Positions 28,932-38,750 of a stretch of DNA of 40,395 bases are shown piece by piece. Numbering within the stretch: position 1 is the stretch's first letter; the number at the start of each line of letters is the position of its first letter. Under the pieces are notes generated by a model, which worked only from the letters and a program-made list of their open reading frames with translations, was not told the origin of the DNA and searched no databases. A program made the translations under genes and the position numbers. Origin of the DNA: Thermovirgaceae bacterium (GTDB taxonomy: Bacteria > Synergistota > Synergistia > Synergistales > Thermovirgaceae); contig JBKHBH010000008.1 in the NCBI GenBank assembly GCA_046542505.1, positions 1 through 40,395 of the forward strand. The letters are read 5' to 3'.

Positions 28932-29545
28932 TCCGTTGCAGGTTTTTTTACGCCAAGCGTGGGCGCCTTTGCTACGTTCCTCACGTGGAGATGCCACCTC
29001 TTTTGTGCAGGGTGTTCCGGAGAGCCGGCCTTCGCATATCCCGGACGGAATCCTTTGTCCCGAAGGACAGGATCAGCCTAGGGCCTCCGCTTCCGATGGG
29101 AGTTGCCGGGCTGGCCGAGCCGGCGGAAATATGGCTTGACGAAAAAAAGATCCCCTGTTGTAAAGGTCTCGATGCCTTTTCACAGGAAGGCTTGTCCTTC
29201 ATCAGCCTGAAGGCCCTTTCCGAAGGGCCGAGCCTCAGCAAGCTGTGCAGGGATGGAAGATACAGAGTGTACCCGCAGGATGAAAACCTTCTGGATCGTG
29301 TTGACCGGCTTTTTCAGGATGGGTGGAAACCGGCGCGCTCCACAAGGCTGGCCAGGGTGGAAAAAACATTTGTTGATCTTGTCATCGGGGACGCGAATCA
29401 GGTCGGACCCGGGGCCGTCGTTACATCCATGAAGGCCGAAGGGCTTGTGTCAGGGTGGGAGGATCTTTTTGTCGTCCGGACGTCGGTGGGCATCTGGGAC
29501 GGCACGAGGCTCACTTCGGCCCTTGAGGCAGGTGAAGCGTCATAG
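28928..29545 (+). CDS. TIGR03936/DUF2344-like radical SAM-associated protein
   Basis: 'YAKRG..CYVPH', 'FRRAGL', 'ISLGPPLPMG...AE'. ATGA-coupled to the radical SAM gene. Confidence 0.82.
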   Translation: MIRCRFFYAKRGRLCYVPHVEMPPLLCRVFRRAGLRISRTESFVPKDRISLGPPLPMGVAGLAEPAEIWLDEKKIPCCKGLDAFSQEGLSFISLKALSEGPSLSKLCRDGRYRVYPQDENLLDRVDRLFQDGWKPARSTRLARVEKTFVDLVIGDANQVGPGAVVTSMKAEGLVSGWEDLFVVRTSVGIWDGTRLTSALEAGEAS

Positions 29546-29583
29546 AGGGGCATGTCCGGGACAGAAAGATCATTGCGAACTGT

Positions 29584-31047
29584 GTGGACCCCGAAGAGAT
29601 ACGTGTGGCCGTCGTTGAAGACGGCAAGCTGGCGGAAGTCTTCGTCGAACGGATGTGGGAGCACCAGCGAGCCGGAGATATTTACAAGGCGCGTGTTGAC
29701 AGCGTTCTCCCCGGAATGAACGCTGCCTTTGTCGATCTCGGGGAAGGGCGGAATGCCTTTTTGTATCTGGCGGACGCGAAAGGGATGACCGTTCGTCAGA
29801 ACCAGGAGATCCTCGTCCAGGTTTCCAAGACGGCCAGGAAAGGGAAAGGGGCGAGAGTGACGCCTCGTCTTTCACTTCCGGGCAGATACCTTGTGCTTGT
29901 GCCTGGCGGCAGGGAAATCGGCGTTTCCCGTAAACTGGGGGATGAGGAAAGGGACCGGCTCAGGGCTCTGACAAAAAAAATCCGTCCCGGGGGGATGGGG
30001 CTTATTGTCCGTACGGCCGCGGAATGGCTTGAGACGGATGTCCTTCAGCAAGACCTTGAGGACCTGTTGAAACTCTGGGAACAGATTGAGCACGAAGCGG
30101 ATGTGCAGAGGGCTCCGTGCCTCCTCTACCAGGATATGGGGCTTCTTGGGCGAGTGCTCCGGGACGAAATGAACGAAACCGTTTCCGAAATCATCACAGA
30201 CGGAAAAGAAGAATATCTCCAGGCTAAAGCTTTCATCGAAAGATTCTGCACTGCCGGGGACAAACCCATTATTTCGCTACACCAGGGGAATATCCCCCTT
30301 TTCGAGCTATATGGCCTGGAGCAGGAACTTGAAACAGCCCTTGAGAGAAAGGTGTGGCTCAAGTCAGGAGCGTATCTCGTGATCGATCAGACCGAGGCCT
30401 TGACGGTCATTGATGTCAATACGGGCAAGTTTACGGGAAAGGTGGATCTCAGGGAGACGGTCCTTTCCACGAATCTGGAGTCCGCCGACGAGATTGCGAG
30501 ACAAATGCGCCTCCGGGCCTTAGGGGGGATCGTGGTCATTGATTTTATCGATATGGAAAACCCAGACGACCAGAAACTGCTTCTTGAACGGCTCCAGCAG
30601 GTTTTCAGAAACGACCGGTGCAAGGCCAGGGTCTTCGGTCTGACCCAGCTGGGGCTGGTGGAGCTGACGAGAAAAAGGGCCAGATCGGACATCCGGGCGA
30701 CCTTCACCAGAGGATGCCCCTTTTGCGGTGGTACGGGCGTGGTTGCGAAGGAGGAGAGCCTTGCCTTGGCCGTCAAGAGATTCGTCAGGAAAGTGGCCCT
30801 GTCAAGCCGCCCGGAAGCGATTCTTCTGGAAGCCCATCCCTCCATTTCCCGGTTCATTGTCGACAACCTCCTGGCGCAATGGGAGGAAGAAACGGGCGTC
30901 AGGCTGTTTCTGAGGGACATGCCCGAATTCCCCTGGAACAAGTACCGCATAGAGGCACAGGGGACGCTGGACCAGGTCCTCCACCGCATTAGACTGCTGG
31001 AAACAAGGGAGGCAGGGTGCGTTGTACATAGGACGGATCCTGCTTAA
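29584..31047 (+). CDS. rng: Ribonuclease E/G family; true start uncertain, probably about 29542-29560
   Basis: S1 segment 'GDIYKARV..VLPGMNAAFVD', 'IDVNTG', 'GGIVVIDFIDM', 'LVELTRKR', Zn-link 'CPFC'. Confidence 0.93.
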   Translation: MDPEEIRVAVVEDGKLAEVFVERMWEHQRAGDIYKARVDSVLPGMNAAFVDLGEGRNAFLYLADAKGMTVRQNQEILVQVSKTARKGKGARVTPRLSLPGRYLVLVPGGREIGVSRKLGDEERDRLRALTKKIRPGGMGLIVRTAAEWLETDVLQQDLEDLLKLWEQIEHEADVQRAPCLLYQDMGLLGRVLRDEMNETVSEIITDGKEEYLQAKAFIERFCTAGDKPIISLHQGNIPLFELYGLEQELETALERKVWLKSGAYLVIDQTEALTVIDVNTGKFTGKVDLRETVLSTNLESADEIARQMRLRALGGIVVIDFIDMENPDDQKLLLERLQQVFRNDRCKARVFGLTQLGLVELTRKRARSDIRATFTRGCPFCGGTGVVAKEESLALAVKRFVRKVALSSRPEAILLEAHPSISRFIVDNLLAQWEEETGVRLFLRDMPEFPWNKYRIEAQGTLDQVLHRIRLLETREAGCVVHRTDPA

Positions 31048-34000
31048 GGGTTTCAAAAGCTTCGGGGGGGCTCACGAACTGTTGCTTCCTCCCGGCATGA
31101 CGGCCATCGTCGGACCCAACGGGAGCGGAAAAAGCAACATTCTGGACGCACTCCGCTGGGCCCTGGGTGAAACAAATCCCAGCCGTTTGCGGATCCTCCG
31201 CCAGAATGATCTCCTCTTTCAGGGAAGCCCGAGCCTGCCGCCGTCATCAGCAACGGAAGTCATGATCCAGTTGCGATCCGGGTCCGAAGTATGCTCCATC
31301 AAGAGAAAATGGATTCAGGACGAAGGGAGCAACCTCTTCGTGGACGGTGAACGAGTCAGATTGCAGGATCTCGAGGCGGTCAAGCGGGACTGGAAGCTCG
31401 AAAGCGACAGGTTTGCCTTCATCGGCCAGGGGGAGATTTCAGAAGTTATCCAGCAGCGACCGGCCCAACGGCGTGTACACCTCGAAACTCTTTTTGGAAT
31501 CGATCTTTACCGGAAACGGCGTGAAGATGCAGCCAGGAGGCTTGAAGACGCCTCGGGGGAACTGGTGCGGCTCGAAACGCTCAAGGCGGAGCTGCAAAAC
31601 AGGAGAAACGCCATTGCGCCCATGGTTATCCAGGCCCAAAAGGCGAAGGATATTTCAGAAAAGCTCGAAAAGGCCTATGCCGAACTGTACAGGATCAAAA
31701 GGGCAAGGGCGGAAAACATCATAGAAGCCGCTGAAAAGCAAATCGAAGACTTCGGGGAGGAATTTCGCATCTGCCGGTACTGGGAGCGAGGCTGGACCCG
31801 GCGGATGAAAGCTCTTGAAACCGCCGTACCTGTTCTGGAGCGTCGTCTTGAAGAACTGGGCGGTGATATGGAATCAATGGCGGAAAAGCTTTCCGAACTG
31901 AAACGGGAGATGTTTACTTCGGGAACGGTGCTCAAAGACGGCCGGGTGCAACGCAGCCGTCTGGGAACGGAACTTGACGAACGACGGAAGGTCCTCAAAA
32001 AACGGGGCCAGGAACTGGAAGATACGGAAAAAGCCTTGCAGGAGGCCCAAAAAGAGGAAAGATACTGCAGGGAGGAAAAAGAGCGCATCGAGTCGGAGGA
32101 AGAGGCGAGAAAAGAGGAAATAATCAGGACACAAAAAGAAGCGGCGAAGCTCGAGGAGGAAAAATCACAGACGGAATCCGCTTTGGGAAGGATTCGCGCC
32201 GAGCTGGCCAAGACAGGCTCCTACTACCGCGAGGTACGGGAAGGCCTGATAGAAAACAGGACGGAAACGGTGTCCAGCCGTGAAAGGCTGGATCAGGAAA
32301 GAAAAAGGCATGAAAGGTGGAAGAACCTCCTTTTGGAAACACTTGGCCGTTATAACGACGCTTATGCGGCATGCCAGAAGAATGCTGCCGAGCTTCAGGC
32401 CCTGAGACGGGACATCCTGAAGATGGAAACGGCACTGGAGGAGTTGCAGGACAAGCTTCAGACCAGGACCTATCCGGGTCAGGTACGGCATCTTCTGGCA
32501 GCGAAGCGGCTTGGGAGACTCAAGGTCGAAATGACTCCTGTGGCAGACGCCATCGATTGTCCCGCATACCTTTCGAGTGCTATGGAGGCCTTTCTGGGTG
32601 GAAGGCAATACTGGATGCTCGTGGAAGATCTCGAGGCTGCAGGACTTTGCATAGAAAGCCTCAAAAATGCGGGAGCGGGAAGAGGGACCTTTCTTCCGCT
32701 TGAACAGGCCAGGCCCAGAAAGCCCTTGAGGGAATTCGATTCAAAGAGCACGAAGGTCGTGGGATGGGCCGCTGATCTTCTCATTCTCGAAAAAAAATGG
32801 GAAAGCGCACTATTGCACATACTGGGGGACCTGCTCGTCGTCGAAGACTACGAAACGGCACAAAAGACGGCGCGCTCTGGTGCGCGATTTCCGATTGTCA
32901 CTCTCGAAGGGGACGTGATCAACCCTTCCGGGACGGTTGCAGGCGGCGGTAAACGGAAAGAAGCCGGCGCTCTCGGGATTAGAAGACAAATTGCCCAACT
33001 GCGAACGGCACTGGCGGAGGCTCACAGCAAGAGGACTGAACTGCTGGAATCGGGCGAAAGACTACAAGCTGAAGAACATCGTGCCGCCGGGGAACGTGTA
33101 GAACTCGAGGCCATGAAAAGACAAGCAGCGGAAAAGATTCAGGAACTGGAAAATGACCTGGCCAGATACGGGAGGGAGAAGCAAAGACTTGAAGGAGAAC
33201 TCGGGAGAACGGGCAAAAACCTGGCAAAGCTGGGACACAATTTCTGGGAGCACCGCCTCAGGATCGAAAATATAGAAAAATCCCTCCACGCCCTTTCCAT
33301 GCCCCACTCGATGCAGGAAACGACTACAAGAGAACAGGTGCATTCGCGCCTCGACGTTGCACGGGAACGAACCAGGGCAGCCCGGGAAATACATCTCCGC
33401 GTTCGTTCGGAACGGGACAGGATGAGAAAAGAAGTCCAGGCGGCGGAAAGAAACCTTGAGGAACTGGACCGCAGGATGACCGACGCATCACAGAGGCTGG
33501 AAAAACTCGGTGCTGAGTTTCTCCAGGCCAGGCGAATCGGCAAAGACCTCGCCGAAAAGCGTCGCGTGCTTCGAGAGGAAACAAGACGCCTTCAGACCTT
33601 CGAAGAACAGGCGCGCAGGCGTCGTGATGCAGCCGCCGAACGTTTGAGATCCGTCAGCGAAAGCTTGTCACTGGCGCGACAGAAGAAATCTTCCGCCGAA
33701 GCGGAACTTGCGGAAACACGGGAAATGTGGGAGGAGCGCTATCCCTATTTCGGGAGTGGGTCCGTAGACCCGTCCCGGTTCGAATCGACCCGCAGACGGG
33801 CCAGGGAGCTGGAGACCTCTCTGAGGGCGCTTGGCGATGTCGAGCTCGGCGTTCTCTCAGAGGATACGTCACTCAAGGACCGTTTGCAGTTTCTCTCTCA
33901 GCAGCTCGAAGATGTCCGCCAGGGCATAAAAGAACTGAAAAGCTTTATTTCGCAGACGGACGAGCAGGCGGGAAAGCTTTTTTCCGAATCCCTGAAGCAG

Positions 34001-34432
34001 ATAGAGAAAAACTTCTGCTTTCTTTTCCAGAGGCTTTTCGGGGGAGGGGAAGCCCAGTTGCGGCTCTCCGACGGCGAGGATGTCTGGAGCGCCGGTGTCG
34101 AGGTCTATGCCAGACCTCCGGGCAAGCGACCCCAGCACCTCGGACAGCTGTCGGGGGGCGAACAGTCTCTTGCGGCCATATCCCTCCTTTTCGCTTCCAT
34201 GGAAGTGGCAAATCTTCCGCTTGGCATCCTTGACGAGGTTGATGCGGCTCTTGATGAAGTGAACCTGAGAAGATTTTCGGAACTCGCCAGGGAATATTCG
34301 AGCCGCATGCAGCTTGTCTGCATGACCCACAGGAGGGTGACCATGGAGCGTTCCGATGTGATGTACGGAGTGACCCTCTCCGAGCCCGGATTGTCGCAAC
34401 TCGTGAGCGTGAAACTGGAGGACTGGGATTGA
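31022..34432 (+). CDS. smc: Chromosome segregation protein SMC
   Basis: 'GFKSF', Walker A 'GPNGSGKSN', hinge 'GRGTFLPL', signature 'LSGGE', Walker B/D-loop 'LDEVDAALD', long coiled coils. Confidence 0.93.
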   Translation: MYIGRILLKGFKSFGGAHELLLPPGMTAIVGPNGSGKSNILDALRWALGETNPSRLRILRQNDLLFQGSPSLPPSSATEVMIQLRSGSEVCSIKRKWIQDEGSNLFVDGERVRLQDLEAVKRDWKLESDRFAFIGQGEISEVIQQRPAQRRVHLETLFGIDLYRKRREDAARRLEDASGELVRLETLKAELQNRRNAIAPMVIQAQKAKDISEKLEKAYAELYRIKRARAENIIEAAEKQIEDFGEEFRICRYWERGWTRRMKALETAVPVLERRLEELGGDMESMAEKLSELKREMFTSGTVLKDGRVQRSRLGTELDERRKVLKKRGQELEDTEKALQEAQKEERYCREEKERIESEEEARKEEIIRTQKEAAKLEEEKSQTESALGRIRAELAKTGSYYREVREGLIENRTETVSSRERLDQERKRHERWKNLLLETLGRYNDAYAACQKNAAELQALRRDILKMETALEELQDKLQTRTYPGQVRHLLAAKRLGRLKVEMTPVADAIDCPAYLSSAMEAFLGGRQYWMLVEDLEAAGLCIESLKNAGAGRGTFLPLEQARPRKPLREFDSKSTKVVGWAADLLILEKKWESALLHILGDLLVVEDYETAQKTARSGARFPIVTLEGDVINPSGTVAGGGKRKEAGALGIRRQIAQLRTALAEAHSKRTELLESGERLQAEEHRAAGERVELEAMKRQAAEKIQELENDLARYGREKQRLEGELGRTGKNLAKLGHNFWEHRLRIENIEKSLHALSMPHSMQETTTREQVHSRLDVARERTRAAREIHLRVRSERDRMRKEVQAAERNLEELDRRMTDASQRLEKLGAEFLQARRIGKDLAEKRRVLREETRRLQTFEEQARRRRDAAAERLRSVSESLSLARQKKSSAEAELAETREMWEERYPYFGSGSVDPSRFESTRRRARELETSLRALGDVELGVLSEDTSLKDRLQFLSQQLEDVRQGIKELKSFISQTDEQAGKLFSESLKQIEKNFCFLFQRLFGGGEAQLRLSDGEDVWSAGVEVYARPPGKRPQHLGQLSGGEQSLAAISLLFASMEVANLPLGILDEVDAALDEVNLRRFSELAREYSSRMQLVCMTHRRVTMERSDVMYGVTLSEPGLSQLVSVKLEDWD

Positions 34433-35175
34433 TGGAGACCACTAAAGACGCCGTCCTGTATGGTGAAATCATGCTCCGTCAGCCAGTTGGAGGCCCGAGA
34501 GTCAGTGTGGACACGATTTTGTTGGCGGCCTATGCGGGAATAAGAAAATCAGAAAGAGCCCTTGAGCTCGGTTCGGCGCATGGTGCTGTAAGCCTCCTGC
34601 TTGCAAAAAGATATCCAGCCGCAGGGGCCATCGAAGGACTTGAAATGCAGGAGGAGCTCGTACACCTGGCGAGGGTGAATGCGGCTGAAAACGGTTTCTC
34701 GGGGATGCCTGCTTTCAAGGTGGGTGATCTCAGGAAAATACGGGAAATTTATCCGCCCCAGTCTTTTCAGGTCCTGGTGATGAACCCTCCTTACTGCGAG
34801 CAAGGAAACAGTCGTCTCAGCCCCGATCCAAGAGAAGCAGCCGCCAGGTGCGGGATGCACTGTACCCTGAAGGATGTTGCCATGGCGGCGAAATATGTTC
34901 TGGCGAACAAGGGGCGGTTTTACCTCGTCATGCGGGCGGCGCGCCTGGCGGAAACCTGTACGGTGCTTTCAGAAGCCGGCCTCCAACCGAAACTGGCGCG
35001 TCCCGTCTACCCGAAACCCGGTCGGGACGCCTCGGTGTTCCTGATGAAAGCCGTCAGGGCCGGAGGGGTCGGGATGGTAATGGAGCCTCCGCTTTTCGTG
35101 GAAGACGAAAAGAGCGATTTTACAGAAGATCTTCTGAAAGCCTACCGGATAGGTGAATCACTGTGCCGCTGGTAA
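34432..35175 (+). CDS. tRNA1(Val) A37 N6-methyltransferase-like protein (TrmN6/YabB family)
   Basis: 'D.ILLA', SAM motif variant 'ELGSAHG', catalytic 'NPPY'. Precedes rsmI as yabB does in Firmicutes. Confidence 0.82.
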   Translation: METTKDAVLYGEIMLRQPVGGPRVSVDTILLAAYAGIRKSERALELGSAHGAVSLLLAKRYPAAGAIEGLEMQEELVHLARVNAAENGFSGMPAFKVGDLRKIREIYPPQSFQVLVMNPPYCEQGNSRLSPDPREAAARCGMHCTLKDVAMAAKYVLANKGRFYLVMRAARLAETCTVLSEAGLQPKLARPVYPKPGRDASVFLMKAVRAGGVGMVMEPPLFVEDEKSDFTEDLLKAYRIGESLCRW

Positions 35176-36011
35176 TTGTGCCGACTCCCATAGGAAACCT
35201 GGAAGATATCACATTGAGAGCGCTCAGGGTCCTGAACGAAGCGGATGTCATCGCATGTGAGGACACCAGAAGGACTTTGCGGCTTTTAAACAGATACAGT
35301 ATCAGGAAACCCCTTTTGTCCTTTCACGAACACAATGAACGGAAAAGGACGGAAGAACTGCTCCGGCGGCTCGAAGCGGGGGATCTTGTGGCCCTGGTTT
35401 CCGATGCCGGAACGCCCGCCGTTTCGGATCCGGGAGCGATGCTTCTCAGGGCCTGCACAAAGGGTGGCGTGGCCGTTGACGTCCTGCCGGGTCCGACGGC
35501 TTTCGTGCCTGCCCTTGTCCTTTCCGGTTTTACGCTGGACACTTTCAGTTTTCATGGATTTTTACCGAGGAAAGGGCGGGCTCGTCGTGAGGCGTTGCGC
35601 CTTCTGGAGGAAGCCTCCGGGACCGTCGTGCTTTACGTGTCACCCCACAGGCTGGGCCGGGACCTCGAGGATCTGGCCGAGGCCCTGGGTGACCGCGAGG
35701 CGATGTTGGCCAGGGAATTGACGAAACTGCATCAGGAAACGATCCGCGGGAAGCTGCCGGAACTTTCTGAAGAGATGGAGCGGAATCCCCGAAAAGGGGA
35801 ATTCGTCCTCGTCATTGCAACGGCTCCCGCCGAAATCAATCCCGCTGAAAAAGGGCAATGGCAACAGGAGGCGCAGGTCCTTCGGGAACGGGGGCTTCCT
35901 GTGAGCGAGGTTGTCAAGGTCGTGAAGGAAAGGTATGGTATACCGAAAAACGCCATAAAAAAATGGTTGCTGGGGTCGAAAGACCCTGAGGAGGGAGAAA
36001 CAAATGCCTGA
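35163..36011 (+). CDS. rsmI: 16S rRNA (cytidine1402-2'-O)-methyltransferase
   Basis: 'PTPIGNLEDIT.RA', 'CEDTR', 'VSDAGTP.VSDPG', 'RELTKLH'. Confidence 0.96.
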   Translation: MPLVIVPTPIGNLEDITLRALRVLNEADVIACEDTRRTLRLLNRYSIRKPLLSFHEHNERKRTEELLRRLEAGDLVALVSDAGTPAVSDPGAMLLRACTKGGVAVDVLPGPTAFVPALVLSGFTLDTFSFHGFLPRKGRARREALRLLEEASGTVVLYVSPHRLGRDLEDLAEALGDREAMLARELTKLHQETIRGKLPELSEEMERNPRKGEFVLVIATAPAEINPAEKGQWQQEAQVLRERGLPVSEVVKVVKERYGIPKNAIKKWLLGSKDPEEGETNA

Positions 36012-37938
36012 AGACAAGACCTTTTACATCACCACTCCGATTTATTACGTGAACGACGTGCCTCACATCGGGCATGCCTATACGACCATTGCGGCCGACG
36101 CCATGGCACGTTACAAGAGAATGCGGGGATACGACGTCATGTTCGTGACCGGTACCGACGAGCATGGCCAGAAGATCCAGCAGGCCGCGTCCGCAAGGGG
36201 GCTTTCGGCCCAGGAACTCGTCGATTCCGTGGTCGTAAACTTCAGGGAGCTTTGGGACCGGCTCCTGATTTCCAACACAGATTTTATCCGCACAACGGAA
36301 AAACGCCACAAACGGGTGGTGCAATGGATATTCAGCCGTCTCAGGGAACAGGGGGATATTTATAAAGGATCTTACGAAGGCTGGTATTGTGTCCCTTGCG
36401 AGACATATTTTACTGAAAACCAGGCGGCCCCGGGCATGACGTGCCCCGACTGCGGCAGACCGCTTGAGAAAATGACCGAGGAAAGCTATTTTTTCAGGAT
36501 GTCACGGTATCAGAAGCGGTTGCTCGAGTACTATGAAAAGACCCCCGACGCCATCATGCCAAAGAGCCGCTACAATGAGGTCCTGAGTTTTATCAGAAGC
36601 GGCCTCAGGGACCAGTCCATTTCGAGGACCAGCGTTTCCTGGGGTGTCCCCGTTCCCGGTGACGAAAAGCACGTCATATATGTTTGGTTCGACGCCCTGA
36701 TCAATTACCTGACGGCCTGCGGTTTTCCCGATGACGAGGCGAAGATGGGGACATACTGGCCTGTGGTGAACCACACTATCGCAAAAGACATCATCCGCTT
36801 CCACTGCATCGTGTGGCCTGCCATGCTGCTGGGCCTCGGCCTCGAGCCGCCGCGGCGGGTCTTCTCCCATGGCTGGTGGACCGTTGAGGGACAAAAAATG
36901 TCCAAGTCCAAGGGGAACGTGGTCGATCCCTTTGAAATGGCTGACATTTACGGCGTAGACGCCTTCAGGTATTTCCTTCTGCGTGAAATTCCCTTCGGCG
37001 CCGACGGGGATTTTTCCGAGACGGGGCTCGTCCAGCGGATCAATTCCGATCTGGCCAACGACCTGGGGAACCTGCTCAACAGGACACTCCAGATGATCAA
37101 CAATTTCGCCGGCGGCAAAATCCCGGAGCCCGGAAAACTTCATGACCATGACAGGAACCTGAAGGACCTGGCGGCAAGGACCCTGACGGAGTACACAGCG
37201 GCCATGGATGTCTTTGCCTTCGACGAAGCCCTGAAATCAGCCTGGACACTGGTTCGAAGGGGGAACAAGTACATCGACGAAACCATGCCCTGGAAACTCG
37301 GCCGGGAAGAAAATACGGAACGCCTTGGCACCGTGCTCTATACCTTGGAGGAAGTCCTGCGCCTTTCAGCATTTCTGGTGGCGCCGGTGATGCCCGAAAC
37401 GGCGAATCGGATCCGGGCGCAGCTGGGCATTGAGGGTGATGCCGGGGCAAGCTGTCTTGACGACTACGCCTGGGGCGAAAGGACTCCCGGAAGCGATATC
37501 GGGCAAAAGGAGGTCCTCTACCCGAGAATCGACATGAAAAAGTGGGAATCGGAGAAGGCGGAACGAGACGCGAAGAAGGGGCTCGAACCCGATCCGGGCG
37601 AACACGAGAAAGAGATCTCCATCGAAGATTTCAAAAAAGTCGAGCTCCGAGTGGGGAAGGTGGTCTCTGCCGAAGCCGTTCCGAAGGCGGACAAGCTCTA
37701 CAAGATCCATCTTGACCTGGGTTACGAGCGCCGCACCATCGTTTCGGGAATCCGGGAGGAATATGCCCCAGAAGATCTCGAAGGGAAGAGGATTATTGTC
37801 ATCTGCAACCTGAAACCGGCCACCATCAGAGGTGTCGAAAGCAAGGGAATGCTTCTGGCCGCGGAAACACCCGGCGGCGACGGCCTGGCTCTGCTCACGG
37901 TGGACAGGGACATTCCTCTCGGCGCCCGGGTGCGGTGA
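36004..37938 (+). CDS. metG: Methionine--tRNA ligase
   Basis: 'HIGH', 'KMSKS', Zn knuckle 'CVPC...CPDC', 'YVWFDAL', C-terminal tRNA-binding domain. Confidence 0.97.
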   Translation: MPEDKTFYITTPIYYVNDVPHIGHAYTTIAADAMARYKRMRGYDVMFVTGTDEHGQKIQQAASARGLSAQELVDSVVVNFRELWDRLLISNTDFIRTTEKRHKRVVQWIFSRLREQGDIYKGSYEGWYCVPCETYFTENQAAPGMTCPDCGRPLEKMTEESYFFRMSRYQKRLLEYYEKTPDAIMPKSRYNEVLSFIRSGLRDQSISRTSVSWGVPVPGDEKHVIYVWFDALINYLTACGFPDDEAKMGTYWPVVNHTIAKDIIRFHCIVWPAMLLGLGLEPPRRVFSHGWWTVEGQKMSKSKGNVVDPFEMADIYGVDAFRYFLLREIPFGADGDFSETGLVQRINSDLANDLGNLLNRTLQMINNFAGGKIPEPGKLHDHDRNLKDLAARTLTEYTAAMDVFAFDEALKSAWTLVRRGNKYIDETMPWKLGREENTERLGTVLYTLEEVLRLSAFLVAPVMPETANRIRAQLGIEGDAGASCLDDYAWGERTPGSDIGQKEVLYPRIDMKKWESEKAERDAKKGLEPDPGEHEKEISIEDFKKVELRVGKVVSAEAVPKADKLYKIHLDLGYERRTIVSGIREEYAPEDLEGKRIIVICNLKPATIRGVESKGMLLAAETPGGDGLALLTVDRDIPLGARVR

Positions 37939-37961
37939 CGGCCGGGCTGAAAGGGGACGCC

Positions 37962-38750
37962 ATGAGTACTCTTCGCCTTATTGACACCCATTGCCATCTT
38001 GCCATGCCTCCCCTGGCGGAGGATGTCGAGGGAGTCATCGCGAGAGCCCGGAAGTCCGGGCTCTCGCGCATGCTGGTGGTTGCTTCCGACGAAAAAAGCA
38101 GCCACGAAGTGGTAAAACTTGCAAAGGACCACGCCGCAAACGGCCTTTCGGCGGCTGTGGGGATTCACCCCCATGATGCCGAAAGCGCCCCGTCGGGCCT
38201 GCCGCGCAGCATCCGGGAACTTGCAGCGAACGACTCCGTGGTCGCCATCGGGGAAACGGGGCTCGATTATTATTACGACCACTCGCCCCGGGAATTGCAG
38301 CGTTCGCTTTTTTGCGAGCATATCGCTCTGGCGAAAGAGGTCGGACGGCCTCTCGTGGTTCATGTACGGGACGCCTTTGATGATGTTTTCAGAATTCTGG
38401 AAGAGGAAGACGGCTCCTCCTGTGGCGGAGTGATTCACTGTTTCTGCGGTACGGAAAAAGATGCCCGGAAAGCGATTGATATGGGCTTTTACATCTCCTT
38501 TTCCGGCCTCATCACATTCCCGAGCGCCAGGGAACTGAGAAAGACGGCGGCGCTGATTCCCAAGGATGTGATCCTTTGTGAGACGGATGCGCCTTTTCTG
38601 GCACCCCAGCCGATGAGGGGAAAGACGAACGAACCAGCGTACGTTCGTTACGTTTACGAAGAAATCGCCAGGGCAAGGGGTGTCGACCTGGAGAAATTTG
38701 TCCCGACAGTGGGAAAAAACGCGACAAGGCTTTTCTGGTGGAAAGAATGA
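37962..38750 (+). CDS. tatD: TatD family hydrolase
   Basis: 'IDTHCHL', 'GIHPH', 'IGETGLDY', 'IHCF', 'ETDAPFL'. Start set at ATG 37962 (GTG 37935 is an alternative). Confidence 0.92.
   Translation: MSTLRLIDTHCHLAMPPLAEDVEGVIARARKSGLSRMLVVASDEKSSHEVVKLAKDHAANGLSAAVGIHPHDAESAPSGLPRSIRELAANDSVVAIGETGLDYYYDHSPRELQRSLFCEHIALAKEVGRPLVVHVRDAFDDVFRILEEEDGSSCGGVIHCFCGTEKDARKAIDMGFYISFSGLITFPSARELRKTAALIPKDVILCETDAPFLAPQPMRGKTNEPAYVRYVYEEIARARGVDLEKFVPTVGKNATRLFWWKE

Noticed and set aside
31022..34432. SMC as part of a Wadjet/MksBEF or SbcCD defence or repair system
   Set aside because: It has a canonical SMC hinge and head motifs, and no jet/mks or sbcD neighbours.
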